Below, piece after piece: positions 1-10,587 of a stretch of 55,737 bases of DNA (its first letter is position 1; each line of letters starts with the position of its first letter). The notes under the pieces were generated by a model, which saw nothing but the letters and a program-made list of their open reading frames with translations, had not been told where the DNA came from and ran no database searches. This stretch comes from Phycisphaerae bacterium (GTDB taxonomy: Bacteria > Planctomycetota > Phycisphaerae > UBA1845 > JANYLN01): positions 1 through 55,737 of the forward strand of contig JAWLBS010000002.1 of NCBI GenBank assembly GCA_041687575.1, written 5' to 3'. The position numbers and the translations under genes were made by a program.

Positions 1-651
1 TTTGGCCTGTTACGTCTGGCCGGTTTGCCGCCGCTGGTGTCTCTGGCCGCGGGAATCCTGCTGCTGGATCTGAGTTTTTACTGGTGGCACCGGCTGAACC
101 ATGTCTGGCCGCTGTTGTGGCGGTTTCACAACGTGCATCATATCGATCCGGACCTGGATTCCACGACCGCGTTCCGTTTCCACGCTGGTGAGATCGCGTA
201 TTCCACTGTCTTCCGCGTGGCGCAGATCGGGTTGATCGGTCCGAGCGCATTGACGGTTGTCGTGTACGAGTTGGTATTTCTGAGCGGCACTGTGTTCCAT
301 CACAGCAACGTGCGGCTGCCCGTTGCGCTGGAGCGGGCGCTTAATCTTATCTTTGTCACTCCTCGTATGCATGGCGTCCACCATTCCGTGATTCGCGACG
401 AAACCAATTCGAATTATTCGGTCGTTTTCCGCTGGTGGGACATGCTGCATCGCACCCTGCGTCTCAACGTGCCGCAGGACAAGATCCGTATCGGCGTGGC
501 GGGATACACGCGCCCGGAGGACAACTCGCTGGTTTCGGTGCTGGTGCTCCCGTTCAGGCGGCAACGTGATTACTGGCGCATGCCGCAAGGCGGCGAGTCG
601 AGGATCCGGACGGAATGGAACCCGGATGGACGCGGACGCATGGCCGGATGA
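1..651 (+). CDS. Fatty acid hydroxylase / sterol desaturase-family membrane protein, 5' end outside window
   Basis: The frame is open from base 1; the listed ORF 25..651 starts at a TTG with no upstream stop. Histidine boxes HRLNH, HNVHH, HHSN and MHGVHHS are typical of the di-iron FA_hydroxylase superfamily. Confidence 0.75.
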   Translation, partial: FGLLRLAGLPPLVSLAAGILLLDLSFYWWHRLNHVWPLLWRFHNVHHIDPDLDSTTAFRFHAGEIAYSTVFRVAQIGLIGPSALTVVVYELVFLSGTVFHHSNVRLPVALERALNLIFVTPRMHGVHHSVIRDETNSNYSVVFRWWDMLHRTLRLNVPQDKIRIGVAGYTRPEDNSLVSVLVLPFRRQRDYWRMPQGGESRIRTEWNPDGRGRMAG

Positions 652-678
652 TAGTGGCCCGGGTGGTGAGGGGTGTTG

Positions 679-1251
679 ATGAAAACGCGTGAGAGCGGCA
701 TGCCGGATGAGTCGATGTGGTCGGGCTTCTTCTCGCCGGAGCAGACGCTCGTGAAGCTGGGTCTGACCGGTTCCTGTTGTGATGCCGGCGACCTTGGCTG
801 CGGCTATGGTACGTTCAGCATTCCCGCCGCACGTATCGTTCGGGGCACCGTCTACGCCCTGGACATCGAGGCCGAGATGGTTGAGGCAACCGCCCGAAAG
901 GCCAGACTGGCGGGCCTGAACAACGTTCGCGTCGAGGGGCGGGATTTCGTGGCCCACGGTACGGGGCTCGCCGACGCCAGCGTCGATTACGTGATGCTGT
1001 TCAATATCCTGCACTGCGAGCAGCCGGAGGTGCTGTTGCGCGAGGCCTATCGCGTGCTTTCGGCCGGCGGGCGACTGGGCATCATGCACTGGAATTACGA
1101 CCCGGCCACGCCGCGCGGGCCGTCGATGGCGATCCGCCCGCGACCTGAGCAGTGCCGCGACTGGGCTGAGCGCGTCGGTTTCCATCTGTACGTTCCCCGA
1201 AAAATTGACTTGCCGCCATATCATTACGGCTGGGTCATGGAGAAACGATGA
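679..1251 (+). CDS. Class I SAM-dependent methyltransferase
   Basis: SAM-binding motif I DLGCGYGTFS followed by YALDIE. The ATG at 679 is preceded by GGTGAGGGG. The stop overlaps the next start (ATGA at 1248). Confidence 0.8.
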   Translation: MKTRESGMPDESMWSGFFSPEQTLVKLGLTGSCCDAGDLGCGYGTFSIPAARIVRGTVYALDIEAEMVEATARKARLAGLNNVRVEGRDFVAHGTGLADASVDYVMLFNILHCEQPEVLLREAYRVLSAGGRLGIMHWNYDPATPRGPSMAIRPRPEQCRDWAERVGFHLYVPRKIDLPPYHYGWVMEKR

Positions 1252-2021
1252 ACGACCTGCCCCTTCTCAATCACGCTTTGAACGAGACGACGGCCTTCCG
1301 CCCGGAAGGGCTGGTCGAGGCCGTACGCCAACAACGAGGAGCGGGTAGTGGACCGATCCCGCCACTGGGCGTTCTGGAATTCGATGGCGACCTGACGGAC
1401 AAGCTCGTCGCACGAGGCGAGGTGCGTCGCTGCGAGGACTGGCCTTGCTTCCACACGGAAATGTGGCTGTGGCCAAAGGATAAGCCGCGTTGCGGCATCG
1501 TGGCTCGCACGATCGGTGGGCCTTATGCGGTGCTCATCGCCGAGCAGATGGCGGTGTGCGGGGTAAAGGTGGTGGTGGGACTGGCATCGGCGGGTCGCAT
1601 CGGAAAATCGCTGCCGCTGCCGGGGATCGTCATCGCCGACGAGGCCGTGCGCGACGAAGGCACTTCGCTGCACTACCTGCCGTCTGCTGCGACGGTGCGG
1701 AGTGATCCCGGATTGGCCGGAATCCTGGCCGACGCGGTGCAGCCGATCGATCTGCCCGTCCGGCGGGGACTGGTCTGGACGACCGATGCCCCGTATCGCG
1801 AAACCCGTTCGCAGATCGACTATTGGGCGTTACGCGGGGTGCTGGCCGTGGAGATGCAGGCCGCCTCTCTGTTCGCCTTCGGCCAGGCCCGTGGCGTATC
1901 AACCGGCCTGATCGCTCACGTCACCAACGCGATCGACCATGAGGGCGAGCCGTTCCACAAGGGGCCGGACGACGCGGACTTTCTTCTCCTGCAGGCAATA
2001 GCAGGTTCCCTGACGTCATAG
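1248..2021 (+). CDS. Nucleoside phosphorylase, PNP/UDP family 1 (uridine-phosphorylase-like)
   Basis: Family pattern VVVGLASAGRIG ... GIVIADEAVRDEGTS ... LAVEMQAASLFAFG. Translationally coupled to the methyltransferase. Confidence 0.65.
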   Translation: MNDLPLLNHALNETTAFRPEGLVEAVRQQRGAGSGPIPPLGVLEFDGDLTDKLVARGEVRRCEDWPCFHTEMWLWPKDKPRCGIVARTIGGPYAVLIAEQMAVCGVKVVVGLASAGRIGKSLPLPGIVIADEAVRDEGTSLHYLPSAATVRSDPGLAGILADAVQPIDLPVRRGLVWTTDAPYRETRSQIDYWALRGVLAVEMQAASLFAFGQARGVSTGLIAHVTNAIDHEGEPFHKGPDDADFLLLQAIAGSLTS

Positions 2022-2443
2022 ACGGCGGGCGTTTGCTTTCCGGGCTTTCGTCGGATCGGGAATGCGCCGGTCGGTGGGCTTCGGCCGAGGCAGGTCAGAT
2101 ACATCGGCTGTGGCTGATTATCGCAAATGCTGAGGGGATGGATGTACCCTCAATCGTCGATCGATGCCGGCGAGGACGATGTGCCGGCCTGCCAGGACCT
2201 CAGGAACGTGACGCTGCCAAAGGTATTGGAGATGCCCTCTGCCGAGCTGCGAGAGACCTGGCGACTTCCTTGAGACTGGGGCCATAGCATCAGACAAGGT
2301 ACGAGTGGATTGCGGTGCGATGCGGCAGGATGCGGACGCCCCGTTTTGCAGCGGGATGGCCGCAGACGCAGTACCCCCGTAACGCGCACACATCCAAAGG
2401 CCTCTGCGGTGGCCCGGTGGCCTGAAGAACCGAGGAGGCAACG

Positions 2444-3829
2444 ATGGAGGCGGACAAGTACGAGGTCCTCATTATCGGTTCCGGGCAGGGCGGAAACCCG
2501 CTGGCTACGGCCTTCGCCCAGGCTGGTCGCCGGACGGCAGTGATCGAACGCGAGCATGTCGGCGGGACCTGCGCCAACGAGGGCTGTACGCCGACGAAGA
2601 CGATGATCGCCAGCGCGCGTGTGGCGTATCTGGCCGGGCGTGCGGCAGACTTTGGCGTCCATACCAATGGGTCCCGGACCGAATTGGCGATTGTGCGGCA
2701 GCGCAAGCGTGATGTCGTATCGCTTTGGCACGAGAGCGGTGTGCGACATCTGCAGGATGCCGGGGTCGATCTGATCTGGGGCGAAGGCGTATTCGCCGCT
2801 CCGCACGAGCTGGAAATCCGTCTCAACGACGGTGGCAGCCGAAGGTTGACAGCCGAAACCATCATCATCAATACGGGCAACCGTCCCGCAGTGCCGCCGG
2901 TGCCGGGTCTGGACCAGGTGCCGTTTCTGAATTCGACAACCATCATGGAGTTGGAGGATGCGCCGGAGCACCTGATCGTGATTGGTGGGGGATATGTCGG
3001 CCTGGAATTTGGCCAGATGTTCCGCCGGTTTGGAAGCCGCGTCACGATCCTGCAGCGGGGTGGGCATCTGCTCAACCGCGAGGATCCGGACATCGCCGAG
3101 GCGGTGCGGGAGATCCTCGTGCAGGATGACATCGACGTGCGGCTGCATTGCCATGCATCACGGGTGTCGAAGCGGAATGGGAAGATTCATCTTGAGGTGA
3201 ATGGGTCGGGTGGGTCCCGGATCATCGAAGGGTCACACGTGCTGGCTGCCGCTGGCCGACGTCCGAACACGGACCGGCTGCAGCTGGACAACGCCGGTAT
3301 CGCGACGGACGACCGCGGTTACATCCGAGTCAACGAACGGCTGGAAACCGGGGTGGAGGGAATCTACGCAATCGGCGACGTCACCGGCGGGCCGCAATTC
3401 ACGCACATCAGCTACGATGACTTCCGCATCCTGCGCACCAACCTGATCGATGGTGGGTCCGCTTCCGTCGCCAACCGCATCGTACCCTACACCGTTTTCA
3501 TCGATCCGCAGCTGGGGCGGGTCGGACTGAGCGAACAGGACGCCCGCAAGGCCGGCTACAAGGTGCGTGTGGCGAAGCTGCCGATGACATCGGTGGCACG
3601 GGCCATTGAGACGGACGAGACCCGCGGCTTGCTCAAGGCGGTAGTGGATGCCGAGAGCGATCAAATCCTCGGGGCGGCCGTGCTCAGCGTAGATGGTGGA
3701 GAGCTGGCCGCACTGATCCAAGTCGCCATGATGGGTTCCTTGCCGAGCAGGGCCCTTCGCGAAGGTATCTTCACGCACCCGAGTTTTGCCGAGTCGATGA
3801 ACCGGCTGTTCGGTACGTTTACCGACTGA
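2444..3829 (+). CDS. Class I FAD-dependent pyridine nucleotide-disulfide oxidoreductase (mercuric reductase / dihydrolipoamide dehydrogenase-like, no NmerA domain)
   Basis: IIGSGQGG FAD motif, redox-active disulfide GGTCANEGCTPTK, second dinucleotide motif VIGGGYVGLE, and C-terminal dimerisation region FTHPSFAE. GAGGAGG RBS upstream of the ATG. Confidence 0.85.
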   Translation: MEADKYEVLIIGSGQGGNPLATAFAQAGRRTAVIEREHVGGTCANEGCTPTKTMIASARVAYLAGRAADFGVHTNGSRTELAIVRQRKRDVVSLWHESGVRHLQDAGVDLIWGEGVFAAPHELEIRLNDGGSRRLTAETIIINTGNRPAVPPVPGLDQVPFLNSTTIMELEDAPEHLIVIGGGYVGLEFGQMFRRFGSRVTILQRGGHLLNREDPDIAEAVREILVQDDIDVRLHCHASRVSKRNGKIHLEVNGSGGSRIIEGSHVLAAAGRRPNTDRLQLDNAGIATDDRGYIRVNERLETGVEGIYAIGDVTGGPQFTHISYDDFRILRTNLIDGGSASVANRIVPYTVFIDPQLGRVGLSEQDARKAGYKVRVAKLPMTSVARAIETDETRGLLKAVVDAESDQILGAAVLSVDGGELAALIQVAMMGSLPSRALREGIFTHPSFAESMNRLFGTFTD

Positions 3830-3978
3830 TACGAATGTCTTGTTGCAGGCCATGGTTTCGCTGGAAGGGGATCGTCGTTACTGCCTGGCCAACCCGCAGG
3901 TTCTCCAGCGTGATCTCCGGCAACCGTCAGAACAGGTGGAGATCGACGGGCAGGGCTGACGACCGCAGGAGGTGTTGG

Positions 3979-5282
3979 ATGGGCAACGCTTCGCCCATTG
4001 TGGCGTATCCGCCGATCGAGAAGCACGGGCTGATCGGGGATCGCCGGACGGCGGCCCTGGTCGCGGCCGATGGCACGCTCGACTGGCTCTGCCTGCCGAA
4101 CTACGACGATGCCCCGGTGTTCGGATCGCTGCTGGACGTCGAGCAGGGCGGCTTCTGGCGGTTCGGCCCCAGCATCCCGGCGCTCGGTGAACAGCGGTAT
4201 TTCCGCAACAGCGCGATACTCAGCACGCTCTGGTCAGGGCCCGGCTGGCAGCTGGAACTGACGGATTTCATGCCGCAGCCCCGGTCCGACCGTCCGAGCG
4301 ATCAACAGGGGCGACGCGTTGTCATCCGCCAGTTGCTCTGCCGTCGGGGGCAGGTCGACTGCTCGATGCGGCTGGCCCCGCGCGACGACTTTGGGCATCC
4401 TGCCCGGGTGGAGACGGGCTCGGATGGTCTGCAGATGGCGGTCGGGCCCCATCGCCTGGGACTGTGGACAAGTTTCCCCGTCCAGGCCACCGGTGACACC
4501 GTGGGGGCGGATTTGGCACTGCGGGTCGGTGAGCCGGCGTGGATGGTGCTCGACCTGGACGCGTCTTCTGCGCGGTGGTCGGCGAAGGCGGCGCAGGATG
4601 CCCTGGATGCCACCCGTGAGTATTGGCAGAACTGGCTGGGCTAACTGGGGTATGTCGGTCCGCACAGCGCAGGTGTGCGCCGCGCATCGCCAGGCGCACC
4701 GGCCGGGCAGCCGAAGCAGAGCGTTGGCTGCCGGTGATGGAGGAGATCCACAGCGAGGTGATGACCCGCCGCTGGAGCGAAGATCGGCAGTCTTTCCGGC
4801 AGCAGTACGATACCGATACGCTGGATGCATCGGTGCTGCTGGCTTGCGTAATGGAGTTTCTGCCGCCGGACCACCCGCGGATCGTCTCGACGGTCCAGCG
4901 GATCGAGGAGTCGCTGACGATCGACGGGTTCGTGCACCGCTATGAACCGGAGGCGACACCGGACGGTCAGGCGGTACCGCTGGGTGAGCACGAGGGGGCC
5001 TTCCTGGCCTGCACGTTCTGGCTGGCAACGGCCTGGGCCAAGGCGGGCAGACCGGACCGCGCGGAGGCGGTGCTCGACAGCGTCGAAGCCATCGCCGGAC
5101 CGGTCGGGCTGCTGGCCGAAGAAGCCGATGCCCGCACCAGGACGTTCCTGGGCAACACACCGCTGCTGTTCAGTCATGCCGAATACGTACGAGTGGCGCT
5201 GGAGATCGCCCAGGCCCGGCTGACCGGCAAGGTGCAGCTGGCGATGGGCAAGGCCAAGCGATGGATAAAGAGTGGGAAATGA
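3979..5282 (+). pseudogene. Glycoside hydrolase family 15 (glucoamylase/trehalase-like) gene with an internal deletion and frame break
   Basis: N-terminal part (3979..4644) reads YPPIEKHGLIGDRRTAALVAADGTLDWLCLPNYDDAPVFGSLLD and ends at REYWQNWLG-stop. C-terminal part (ORF 4623..5282, another frame) reads EGAFLACTFWLATAWAKAGR ... LLAEEAD ... LGNTPLLFSHAEY. Roughly 200+ aa of the catalytic (alpha/alpha)6 core expected between the two parts is absent. Confidence 0.7.
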
Positions 5283-5487
5283 GGATCACTGAACAGCCAG
5301 AAGGAGCAGCAGATGAACCCGAGGAACCGGGCGTTCTGCGTCTGGTGCCTTCTGGCGACGGGGGCGACCTTTCCCACATTGCCCTTGGCGCTGAGCGAGG
5401 CCATGCAGGTGCTGCGCAGCCGGCAACCGAGCAAGTCATCCGTTGCTGCCGGGCTCAGGCCGGAGAGGGCGCGGCGGTTGACCCGCC

Positions 5488-6540
5488 TCAGCGGCTGGCT
5501 GCGGTCCTAGCGGCATCCGCGTAGAAGCAGCTCGGGCCGTGCAGACACTGCCAGTCGGCCTCGGCGAGGACGGCACGACACTGCGGGACGGTCATGCCCC
5601 GGCCTTCCTCCGTCCGCTCGTGTGTATCGCGCGGATTGGCGCCGCGTTCGGCCCACATGAGGTTGGCGCCGGCGACGGCCCCGAGGACATTGGGCTCGTG
5701 GGTGCAGTGGCCGGCGATGGTCAGCGGCAGCACCACGCGTGTCACAGCCAGGATATGCGCCATCCGCAGTTCGCTGACCTGCCCGTGGCGTGCGAGCTCC
5801 GTGCCGGGGATCGGGATTCGCCGGGCCGCGCCGGAGTAGGTCGGCTGAACGTCTCGGGTGATCAGCAGCTTTTCCACCAGTTCGGCCGTCGTGTGCTCCG
5901 GCCCGACCGGCTCGAGGCAGGTGCCCACCGACAGGCCCGCTTCCTTTGCCGCCCGGAAGGTGTCAACGCGCCGGGCAACCGGGATCTTCGTGACCTCGCC
6001 TTCTCCCAGCCGTACTGCATGGTACACGCCGGCGAATCCCGCGGCCGACAGCTCCTTCGCCTCGTCTACGTTGAAATCGCCCACGTTGGCAATCAGCACC
6101 GTTTCCGGCTGCAGGGCCTGGCGCACTGCGGCGCCATAGTCCAGGAAGCGGCGGAACGGGTACTGCCCCGTGGCCATCAGGAACACGGCATTGGCCCCGT
6201 CGCGTTCGAACTGCAGGCACTGCTCGATCACGTACTCGGGAGGGAACTCCTTGCTCTCGGTGAATACGTGGTTGCATTCGGCGAACGCACAGAACAGACA
6301 CTGGCGCGGGCACGGGCCGACATTCACCGCGATCTGCGCATGGACCTCGGCCTTGCCGTTGCACGCCATCCGCGACAGTTCTCTCGCCGCCGCCATCAAC
6401 AGGGCCGATTCGGCTGACGGCAGCGGGATCTCGAACAGTTCGCCGATCCGGTTCGCGTCCGTGACGGGACGCCCTTCGAAGGCCGCATCCACGGCATGGC
6501 TCACAGATGGACGCACCCGAGCAAAAAGTGATTCTGACAT
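5488..6540 (-). CDS. Radical SAM protein, BioB/ThiH/HydE-like
   Basis: CxxxCxxC cluster motif CPRQCLFCAF about 75 aa from the N-terminus. The 350-aa TIM-barrel-sized protein has a GGAGA RBS upstream. Confidence 0.8.
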   Translation of the reverse strand: MSESLFARVRPSVSHAVDAAFEGRPVTDANRIGELFEIPLPSAESALLMAAARELSRMACNGKAEVHAQIAVNVGPCPRQCLFCAFAECNHVFTESKEFPPEYVIEQCLQFERDGANAVFLMATGQYPFRRFLDYGAAVRQALQPETVLIANVGDFNVDEAKELSAAGFAGVYHAVRLGEGEVTKIPVARRVDTFRAAKEAGLSVGTCLEPVGPEHTTAELVEKLLITRDVQPTYSGAARRIPIPGTELARHGQVSELRMAHILAVTRVVLPLTIAGHCTHEPNVLGAVAGANLMWAERGANPRDTHERTEEGRGMTVPQCRAVLAEADWQCLHGPSCFYADAARTAASR

Positions 6541-6777
6541 TCCTGGGTCTCCCGAGTGCTATGCATATTCCCGTTCCGGTTGCCCTGCAAGCAGATACGC
6601 ATCCGGCGGTTGGCACAAGTATAGGCGCCCATCAAGCAAGACGCGCGGCTTGCTTCGGAGCAGATTGCGGTCCGGCTGCCCGGCTGACGAACTGATCGCC
6701 GCTGCGGAGCAAACCGCCGCACAAGCCAGCGGCGGGAGTGAAACATTGGTCATGACACAGACGCGGAGGTCGCAGAC

Positions 6778-7377
6778 ATGCACGTGATTACAGGAACACC
6801 GGATACGCGGACGGAGCACAATACGAATCTCGCGATGCTGGGCGCCATGGTCAGCATGGCCATCCCGGCGGCAATCGCCGTCGCAGGCGTGTCCATGCGC
6901 GGCTGGGACGCCATTGGCTGGACCGGTGCGATCGTCTGGGGCATCGTCGCCACGGCCGCCTTCACCTTGTTCTCCATGATGGGCAAGGCGATGGGCATGA
7001 CACGAATGGATCTGGCGGATCTGATGGGCAGCATGTTCGTTCAGCCGCACACCGGCGCATCGCGGATGATCGGCCTGACGGTACACCACGTGAACGGGGC
7101 GTTGCTGGGAATTGGCTACGCCTATTTCCTGGCCCTGACGGCACTGCCGGCTGGCTGGCTCACAGGCCTGCTGTGGGGCGTCATTCTCACGCCACTGGCC
7201 ATGCTGCTGATGTCTTCCATCGGGGCGGTCCATCCGGCCATCCGGGCGGGCCAGCAGGATGATCCCGGCACAGCGGGAACCAACTTCGGCAAGATGACGC
7301 CCATGGGCATGCTGCTCGGCCACCTGGTCTACGGCGTGGTGCTGGGAGCCTTGTACGCCGCCGTGCCGCTGTCGTGA
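6778..7377 (+). CDS. Polytopic membrane protein of unknown function
   Basis: About 5 hydrophobic segments (for example AMVSMAIPAAIAVAGV, IVWGIVATAAFTLFSMM, LLWGVILTPLAMLLMS). GGAGG RBS 9 nt upstream. No family recognised. Confidence 0.6.
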   Translation: MHVITGTPDTRTEHNTNLAMLGAMVSMAIPAAIAVAGVSMRGWDAIGWTGAIVWGIVATAAFTLFSMMGKAMGMTRMDLADLMGSMFVQPHTGASRMIGLTVHHVNGALLGIGYAYFLALTALPAGWLTGLLWGVILTPLAMLLMSSIGAVHPAIRAGQQDDPGTAGTNFGKMTPMGMLLGHLVYGVVLGALYAAVPLS

Positions 7378-7514
7378 CAGATTGCCGGCAACCACTGGCG
7401 CCGTACCGGCGAACACTGCTTTGGCTGCACGGCCGGGGTGGGGTCGTCCTGCGCTGGGGCGATCGTATGAACCTGGTAGTATGACTCTGTAGCGGATGGC
7501 AAGGAGGTCGGACA

Positions 7515-9035
7515 ATGCCCGAGACAGCACAGATCATCCCGCAGGACCGTTACAACGCCGAGTTGATCTCCAACGTCCACCCGGCCGATTGGATCAACCC
7601 CGAGCCCGCGAAGCGCTACAACCTGGTCGTGCTTGGGGCGGGTACCGCTGGCCTGGTGACCGCCGCCGGGGCCGCCGGCCTGGGCGCCAAGGTGGCCCTT
7701 GTCGAGAAGCACCTGATGGGCGGGGATTGCCTGAATGTCGGCTGCGTGCCCTCCAAGGCCGTCATCCGATCCGCCCGGGTCTATGCCGACGTCCGCGACG
7801 CCGGCGACTATGGCGTCCACGTGCCCAAGGGCGTGGAAGTGGATTTCCCGGCCGTGATGGAGCGGATGCGCGGGCTTCGCAGCTCGATCAGCGCGCACGA
7901 TTCGGCCCGGCGGTTCCGCGATCTTGGCGTCGACGTATTCCTGGGCAGCGGCCGATTCAGCGGGCCGGATGCCATCGAGGTGGAAGGAAAGACGCTGCGT
8001 TTCGCCAGGGCCGTCATCGCCACCGGCGCCCGAGCCGCCGATCCGGGCATTCCAGGGCTTTCCGAGGCGGGCTACCTGACCAACGAAACGGTCTTCAACC
8101 TGACCGAGCGGCCGCGGCGCCTGGCGGTGCTGGGATCGGGCCCGCTGGGCTGCGAGCTGGCCCAGGCCTTCTGCCGACTGGGCTGCGAAGTGACGATCAT
8201 CGAGCGGGGTCCACAGATCCTCTCGAAGGAGGACGCCGACGCCGCCCGGATCGTGACGGCGGCCATGCGCAAGGATGGCATCGCCTGTCGCCTCGATACG
8301 ACCGTCAGCCGCGTCAGCACCTCCGGCACCGGAAAGATCCTTCACCTCAAGGGGCAACAGGGCGAAGACACTCTGGCCATCGACGAGATCCTCGTCGGGG
8401 TCGGCCGACAGCCCAACGTCGAGGGCCTTGACCTGGAGGCGGCCGGCGTTGACTATGATCCGCGCAAGGGCGTGACCGTGGACGATCGGCTTCGCACGAG
8501 CAACCCACGCATCTTTGCCGCCGGCGACGTGTGCCTCAAGCACAAGTTCACGCACACGGCCGATGCGACGGCGCGGATCGTGATCCAGAACGCCCTGTTC
8601 TATGGTCGCAAGAAACTCAGCAGCCTGATCGTGCCCTCGAGCACGTACACCGACCCGGAGATTGCCCACGTGGGGATGTATCCACGCGAGGCGCAGCAGC
8701 GTGGCATCGAGATCGACACCATCACTGTGACTTTTGATGATGTGGACCGCGCGGTGGTCGATGGTGAGGAGCAGGGCCTGCTGAAGATCCACGTTCGCAA
8801 GGGCACGGACAGCATCGTCGGGGCGACGATGGTCGCCCGGCACGCCGGCGAGATGATCAGCGAGATCACCCTGGCGATGGTCAACAGGATCGGGCTCGGC
8901 CGCATCTCCAGTGTCATCCACCCGTACCCGACGCAGGCCGAGGCGATCCGCAAGGCCGCTGACGCCTACAATCGCACGAGGTTGACGCCGTTTGTCAAGA
9001 AGATCTTCGCCCGCTGGCTCGCCTGGACACGGTGA
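7515..9035 (+). CDS. Class I FAD-dependent pyridine nucleotide-disulfide oxidoreductase (mercuric-reductase-like paralog)
   Basis: VVLGAGTAGL FAD motif, redox disulfide GGDCLNVGCVPSK, and VLGSGPLGCELA NAD(P) motif. Strong AAGGAGG RBS at 7501-7507. Confidence 0.85.
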   Translation: MPETAQIIPQDRYNAELISNVHPADWINPEPAKRYNLVVLGAGTAGLVTAAGAAGLGAKVALVEKHLMGGDCLNVGCVPSKAVIRSARVYADVRDAGDYGVHVPKGVEVDFPAVMERMRGLRSSISAHDSARRFRDLGVDVFLGSGRFSGPDAIEVEGKTLRFARAVIATGARAADPGIPGLSEAGYLTNETVFNLTERPRRLAVLGSGPLGCELAQAFCRLGCEVTIIERGPQILSKEDADAARIVTAAMRKDGIACRLDTTVSRVSTSGTGKILHLKGQQGEDTLAIDEILVGVGRQPNVEGLDLEAAGVDYDPRKGVTVDDRLRTSNPRIFAAGDVCLKHKFTHTADATARIVIQNALFYGRKKLSSLIVPSSTYTDPEIAHVGMYPREAQQRGIEIDTITVTFDDVDRAVVDGEEQGLLKIHVRKGTDSIVGATMVARHAGEMISEITLAMVNRIGLGRISSVIHPYPTQAEAIRKAADAYNRTRLTPFVKKIFARWLAWTR

Positions 9036-9045
9036 TATCCGATCG

Positions 9046-10587
9046 ATGACTGCCGGTGATACACAGCAGGAAGACTCACACCAGGTCGCAAGGCCGACTG
9101 GCTCGGCCGCGACCGCACAGCATCGCATCCGGCGAGATGCTCCGCACACCGCATGGGGTTCGAGGATTGCGCTTCGGGCCCCGAACCCGCTACTGCTTGG
9201 AACTGGCGGCATCCTGCTGGCCTGTCACCTGATCGTGGCGACGGTCTCATCGCAGTTCGGCGATGAGACGGATCCTGCGGCGCGCCCGGTCCTGCCGCTG
9301 GTGGCGTTGCTGTCGCTGGCGGGCATCGCTTTCCTGGTCGTTGCAGGCCATCTGCTGCATCGACGGTTCAAGCGTGCGGACCTGATCTGGGTGATCGGGC
9401 TGGGTCTGCTCATGCGAATGGTCCTGCTGCCGTCGGCGCCCGTTCTGGAGGATGATTACTACCGCTACCTGTGGGACGGGGCGGTCGCCAGCCGCGGGAT
9501 CAGCCCGTACGCAGTCAGTCCGCAGCAGGTGCGGCAGGCCGCACGGGATGCGGGCGACATCCCGCCCGCCCTGCGGGACCTGGCGCAGGAAGGCGGGGCT
9601 GTGCTCGACCGCGTGAATCACCCCTGGATCCGAACCGGCTATCCGCCGGTTGCGCAGGCGGCGTTCGCGATGGCACACCAGCTGCGGCCGTGGAGCATCG
9701 CGGCCTGGCGGATCATCCTGCTGGGCGTCGACCTGGTAGTCCTGGTCCTGCTGCTTGCGCTGCTGCGCGCACTGGCGCTGCCGGCCATCTGGTCGACGAT
9801 CTACTGGTGGAACCCGCTGCTGATCAAGGAAACGTTCAACTCTGGGCATATGGACCTTCTGGCCGTGGCGTTCGTACTGGGGGCGGTTCTGCTTGCGGTG
9901 CGCAAACGGTACGTCCTGAGTGGGGCGGTGCTGGCGATCGCAGTCGGCGTCAAAATCTGGCCAATCGTCCTGCTGCCGGTGCTCCTGCGCCCGGTCGTGC
10001 GGGAGCCAGCCAGGTGGGTGCCTGCGGCGGCGGTGTTCCTCGTGCTCGCTGGGGTGCTCGTGTTGCCGGTCGTCTCAGGATCGCCGACTGACAGCGCGTA
10101 TGCGAACTACTCGATGCGCTGGCAGAACAACGCGGCCGCATTCCAGGTGCTGTTGGGCCTGGCCGAGACGGGACATGCGGCGCTGGGCTATTCGCCCCAC
10201 ACCGTGCAGAGGACCGCCCGCATCCTGACGGGAATCGTGTACGGGGCATTCCTTTTGTGGCTCGTCCGCAAGCCGATCCCGAACGGGCGAAACATGCTGG
10301 ACCGTTGTCTGCTGGCGACGGCAGGCATGTTCCTGCTCAGTCCGACGGGGTTTCCGTGGTACTACGTGTGGATGGTGCCGTTTCTGGCCCTGCGGCCGCG
10401 GGCATCTCTGCTGCTGCTCACGGCCCTGCTGCCGCTATACTACTTGAGGTATGACCTGGAGCCGCGCGGGCAGATACATGTCTTTGAGGCGTGGGTCGTC
10501 TGGGCCGAGTTCCTGCCGGTCTGGGTTCTGCTGGCGTGGGAGTGGTACAGGGGCGCTGGCTGGGCTGCAGTGCGAGTGAGAGCATGA
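9046..10587 (+). CDS. GT-C-fold polytopic membrane glycosyltransferase (DUF2029/GT87- or PIG-M-like)
   Basis: More than 10 predicted TM segments. First-loop acidic motif LEDDYYRYLWDGAVASRGISPY followed by GYPPVAQAAF. Start chosen at the ATG at 9046 to avoid overlap with the upstream gene; the start is uncertain. Confidence 0.6.
   Translation: MTAGDTQQEDSHQVARPTGSAATAQHRIRRDAPHTAWGSRIALRAPNPLLLGTGGILLACHLIVATVSSQFGDETDPAARPVLPLVALLSLAGIAFLVVAGHLLHRRFKRADLIWVIGLGLLMRMVLLPSAPVLEDDYYRYLWDGAVASRGISPYAVSPQQVRQAARDAGDIPPALRDLAQEGGAVLDRVNHPWIRTGYPPVAQAAFAMAHQLRPWSIAAWRIILLGVDLVVLVLLLALLRALALPAIWSTIYWWNPLLIKETFNSGHMDLLAVAFVLGAVLLAVRKRYVLSGAVLAIAVGVKIWPIVLLPVLLRPVVREPARWVPAAAVFLVLAGVLVLPVVSGSPTDSAYANYSMRWQNNAAAFQVLLGLAETGHAALGYSPHTVQRTARILTGIVYGAFLLWLVRKPIPNGRNMLDRCLLATAGMFLLSPTGFPWYYVWMVPFLALRPRASLLLLTALLPLYYLRYDLEPRGQIHVFEAWVVWAEFLPVWVLLAWEWYRGAGWAAVRVRA

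Noticed and set aside
5283-5487. Small ORFs 5261..5524(+) and 5313..5510(+) between the GH15 remnant and the radical SAM gene
   Set aside because: They have no RBS, no recognisable motif, overlapping alternative frames and biased composition. The evidence for coding is insufficient.
2444-9035. A mercury resistance (mer) operon, suggested by two mercuric-reductase-like genes
   Set aside because: There are no merR, merT, merP or merC-like genes, and no N-terminal NmerA (GMTCxxC) domain. The C-terminal Cys pair typical of MerA is not evident. These are better called generic class-I disulfide reductases.
7329-9212. 627-aa minus-strand ORF
   Set aside because: It is antisense to the well-supported disulfide reductase gene 7515..9035. 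The product is Arg/Gly/Asp/Pro-rich with no motifs, which is a typical high-GC shadow ORF.
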